64,000 bases of DNA. Source: an uncultured Candidatus Rokubacteria bacterium (GTDB lineage Bacteria > Methylomirabilota > Methylomirabilia > Rokubacteriales > DASRDR01). The translations under genes and the position numbers were made by a program. The notes beneath the pieces were generated by a model. It saw nothing but the letters and a program-made list of their open reading frames with translations, was not told the DNA's origin and did not search any database. Below are positions 62,495 through 64,000 of this stretch, in pieces. The DNA is taken from assembly GCA_963708025.1 (NCBI GenBank), contig CAVPSB010000032.1:256001-320000 (forward strand), written 5' to 3'. The number at the start of each line of letters is the position of its first letter. Positions within the stretch are counted from its first letter, which is position 1.

Positions 62495-64000
62495 GGGACC
62501 CCTCCGCCGGCCCCCGCCTCGCGGGCGGCCTCGATCAGCCCCAGCACCGGCGACGGGCCGAGCGGGGCCCGGGTGACGCGAACCCCGAAGGGCCGGAGGG
62601 CGTCCTCCACCGCGTTGGCGATGGCCGCCGGCGGCGAGATGGCCCCACCCTCGCCGACGCCCTTGATGCCGAGGGGGTTGCGGGGCGACGGGAACTCGAG
62701 GTGGACGGTCTCGATCGGCGGCAGCTCCATCGCCGTCGGGACGAGGTAGTCCATGAAGGTCCCGGTGAGGAGCTGGCCCTGCTCGTCGTAGACCATCTCC
62801 TCCAGGAGCCCGCCGCCCACGCCCTGGGCGACGCCGCCGTGGATCTGTCCCTCGACGATCATCGGGTTGATCAGACGGCCGCAGTCGTGGGCGACCACGT
62901 AGCGCAGGAGGCGGACGGCGCCGGTGCCCGCGTCGACCTCGACGACGGCGACGTGCACCGCGCTCGTGTACGTGACGGTGGGCTGGTGGTGATAGACCGT
63001 CGCCTCGAAGTCGGGCGAGACCGCGCCGGGCCGGGCGAAGGTCGGCAGCGACCCCTGGATCACGCGCGCCAGCGGGAGCGCCGCGCCGGGGGCGCCCCGC
63101 ACCGAGGCCACGCCGTCGGCGATCTCGATGTCGGCGGGCGCGGCTTCCAGGAGCGCGGCCGCCGCGGCCGCCAGCTTCTCCCGCACCCGGGTGGCGGCGA
63201 CGTGGATCGAGCTGCCGGCGTTGACCGCGCTCCGGCTGGCGAAGGTGCCCACCCCGAACGGGATCGCCGCGGTGTCGCCGCCCACCACGGTGACCCAGTC
63301 GAGCGGGATCCCCAGCGCGTCGGCGGCGACCTGCGCGAAGGAGGTCTCGTGCCCCTGCCCCTGGCTGGCGGCCCCGGTGGCCACCACCGCCCGGCCGGAG
63401 GCGTCCATCCTCACCGTCGCCCCCTCGTAGGGGCCGATGGCCGTGCCCTCGACGTAGCCCGAGATCCCGATGCCGCGATAGATCCCCCGCGCCCACAGCT
63501 CGGCCTGCTCGCGGCGGCGCGCGTCGTAGTCGACGGCCGCCAGCGCCGCCTCGAGGTCGGCCCGGAAGTCACCGCTGTCGTAGACGAGCCGGTTGCCGTC
63601 GCGATAGGGGATGTCCAGCTCGTAGGGCAGGTCGGCCGCGGTCAGGTAGTTCCTCCGCCGGAGCTCGGCGGGGTCCAGGCCGAGCTCGCGGGCCAGGCAG
63701 TCGACGATCCGGTCCATGGCGAAGACCGTCTCGGGGCGGCCGGCGCCCCGGTAGGGCGCACTCGGGGTCTTGTTGGTGACGACGCCCCGGCACTCCACGG
63801 CGAAGTGAGGGATCCGGTGCGGCCCCAGGAGATGCGCCACCGTGTTGTAGGGCAGCACGATGCCCCACGTGTTGTAGGCGCCGAGGTCCACCCAGATCCG
63901 GTCGCGCACCGCGAGCATGGTCCCGTCCCGGCGGGCCGCGATGGCGATGTCGTGGACCTGGTGCCGCGCGTGCGCCGCGGCCATCATGTGCTCGCGCCGG
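62491..64000 (-). CDS. Xanthine dehydrogenase family molybdopterin subunit (CoxL-like), 5' end outside the window
   Basis: PYRGAGRPE, QGQGHET, GTFASRS, VEGQIHGG, KGVGEGG. Confidence 0.92.
   Translation of the reverse strand, partial: RREHMMAAAHARHQVHDIAIAARRDGTMLAVRDRIWVDLGAYNTWGIVLPYNTVAHLLGPHRIPHFAVECRGVVTNKTPSAPYRGAGRPETVFAMDRIVDCLARELGLDPAELRRRNYLTAADLPYELDIPYRDGNRLVYDSGDFRADLEAALAAVDYDARRREQAELWARGIYRGIGISGYVEGTAIGPYEGATVRMDASGRAVVATGAASQGQGHETSFAQVAADALGIPLDWVTVVGGDTAAIPFGVGTFASRSAVNAGSSIHVAATRVREKLAAAAAALLEAAPADIEIADGVASVRGAPGAALPLARVIQGSLPTFARPGAVSPDFEATVYHHQPTVTYTSAVHVAVVEVDAGTGAVRLLRYVVAHDCGRLINPMIVEGQIHGGVAQGVGGGLLEEMVYDEQGQLLTGTFMDYLVPTAMELPPIETVHLEFPSPRNPLGIKGVGEGGAISPPAAIANAVEDALRPFGVRVTRAPLGPSPVLGLIEAAREAGAGGGVP

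Noticed and set aside
62491-64000. True aerobic CO dehydrogenase (form I coxL)
   Set aside because: The active-site loop is PYRGAGR, not AYXCSFR.

Overview
Very GC-rich bacterial chromosomal window. Gene content and style suggest an uncultured lineage such as Ca. Rokubacteria/Methylomirabilota, but this is inference only. The window is mostly core genome. On the minus strand it carries lipA-nuoABCDEFGHIJK-pdhA-pdhB-pdhC, tRNA-Leu(GAG), a peptide ABC transporter, gap-pgk-tpiA-secG, comF, a DksA/TraR protein, a NitT/TauT-type ABC transporter, rplU-rpmA-obgE-proB-proA-nadD-rsfS, an ECF sigma factor, a second complex-I-like cluster (nuoABC-[NIPSNAP]-DHIJKLMN), a hybrid histidine kinase, and a CoxLMS-like Mo-hydroxylase/amidase/rhodanese operon. 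On the plus strand it carries a carbohydrate-type ABC importer with an acetamidase. No integrase, transposase, Cas or phage gene is visible. Four things stand out. (1) About 16 modular palindromic intergenic repeats in three families share GGCC-GNA-GGCC mini-hairpins and mostly sit just behind stop codons inside energy-metabolism operons. One family has co-varying outer stems, and several copies are flanked by a duplication of the stop/start gene junction. (2) A NIPSNAP gene bracketed by direct copies of one repeat sits between nuoC and nuoD. (3) The two complex I clusters are complementary: one lacks LMN, the other lacks EFG. (4) Three frameshifts all fall at GTCGAC sites read as GTCGAAC, most likely a modification-linked sequencing artefact. 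Gene calls are from recognising protein motifs by eye; no database searches were run.
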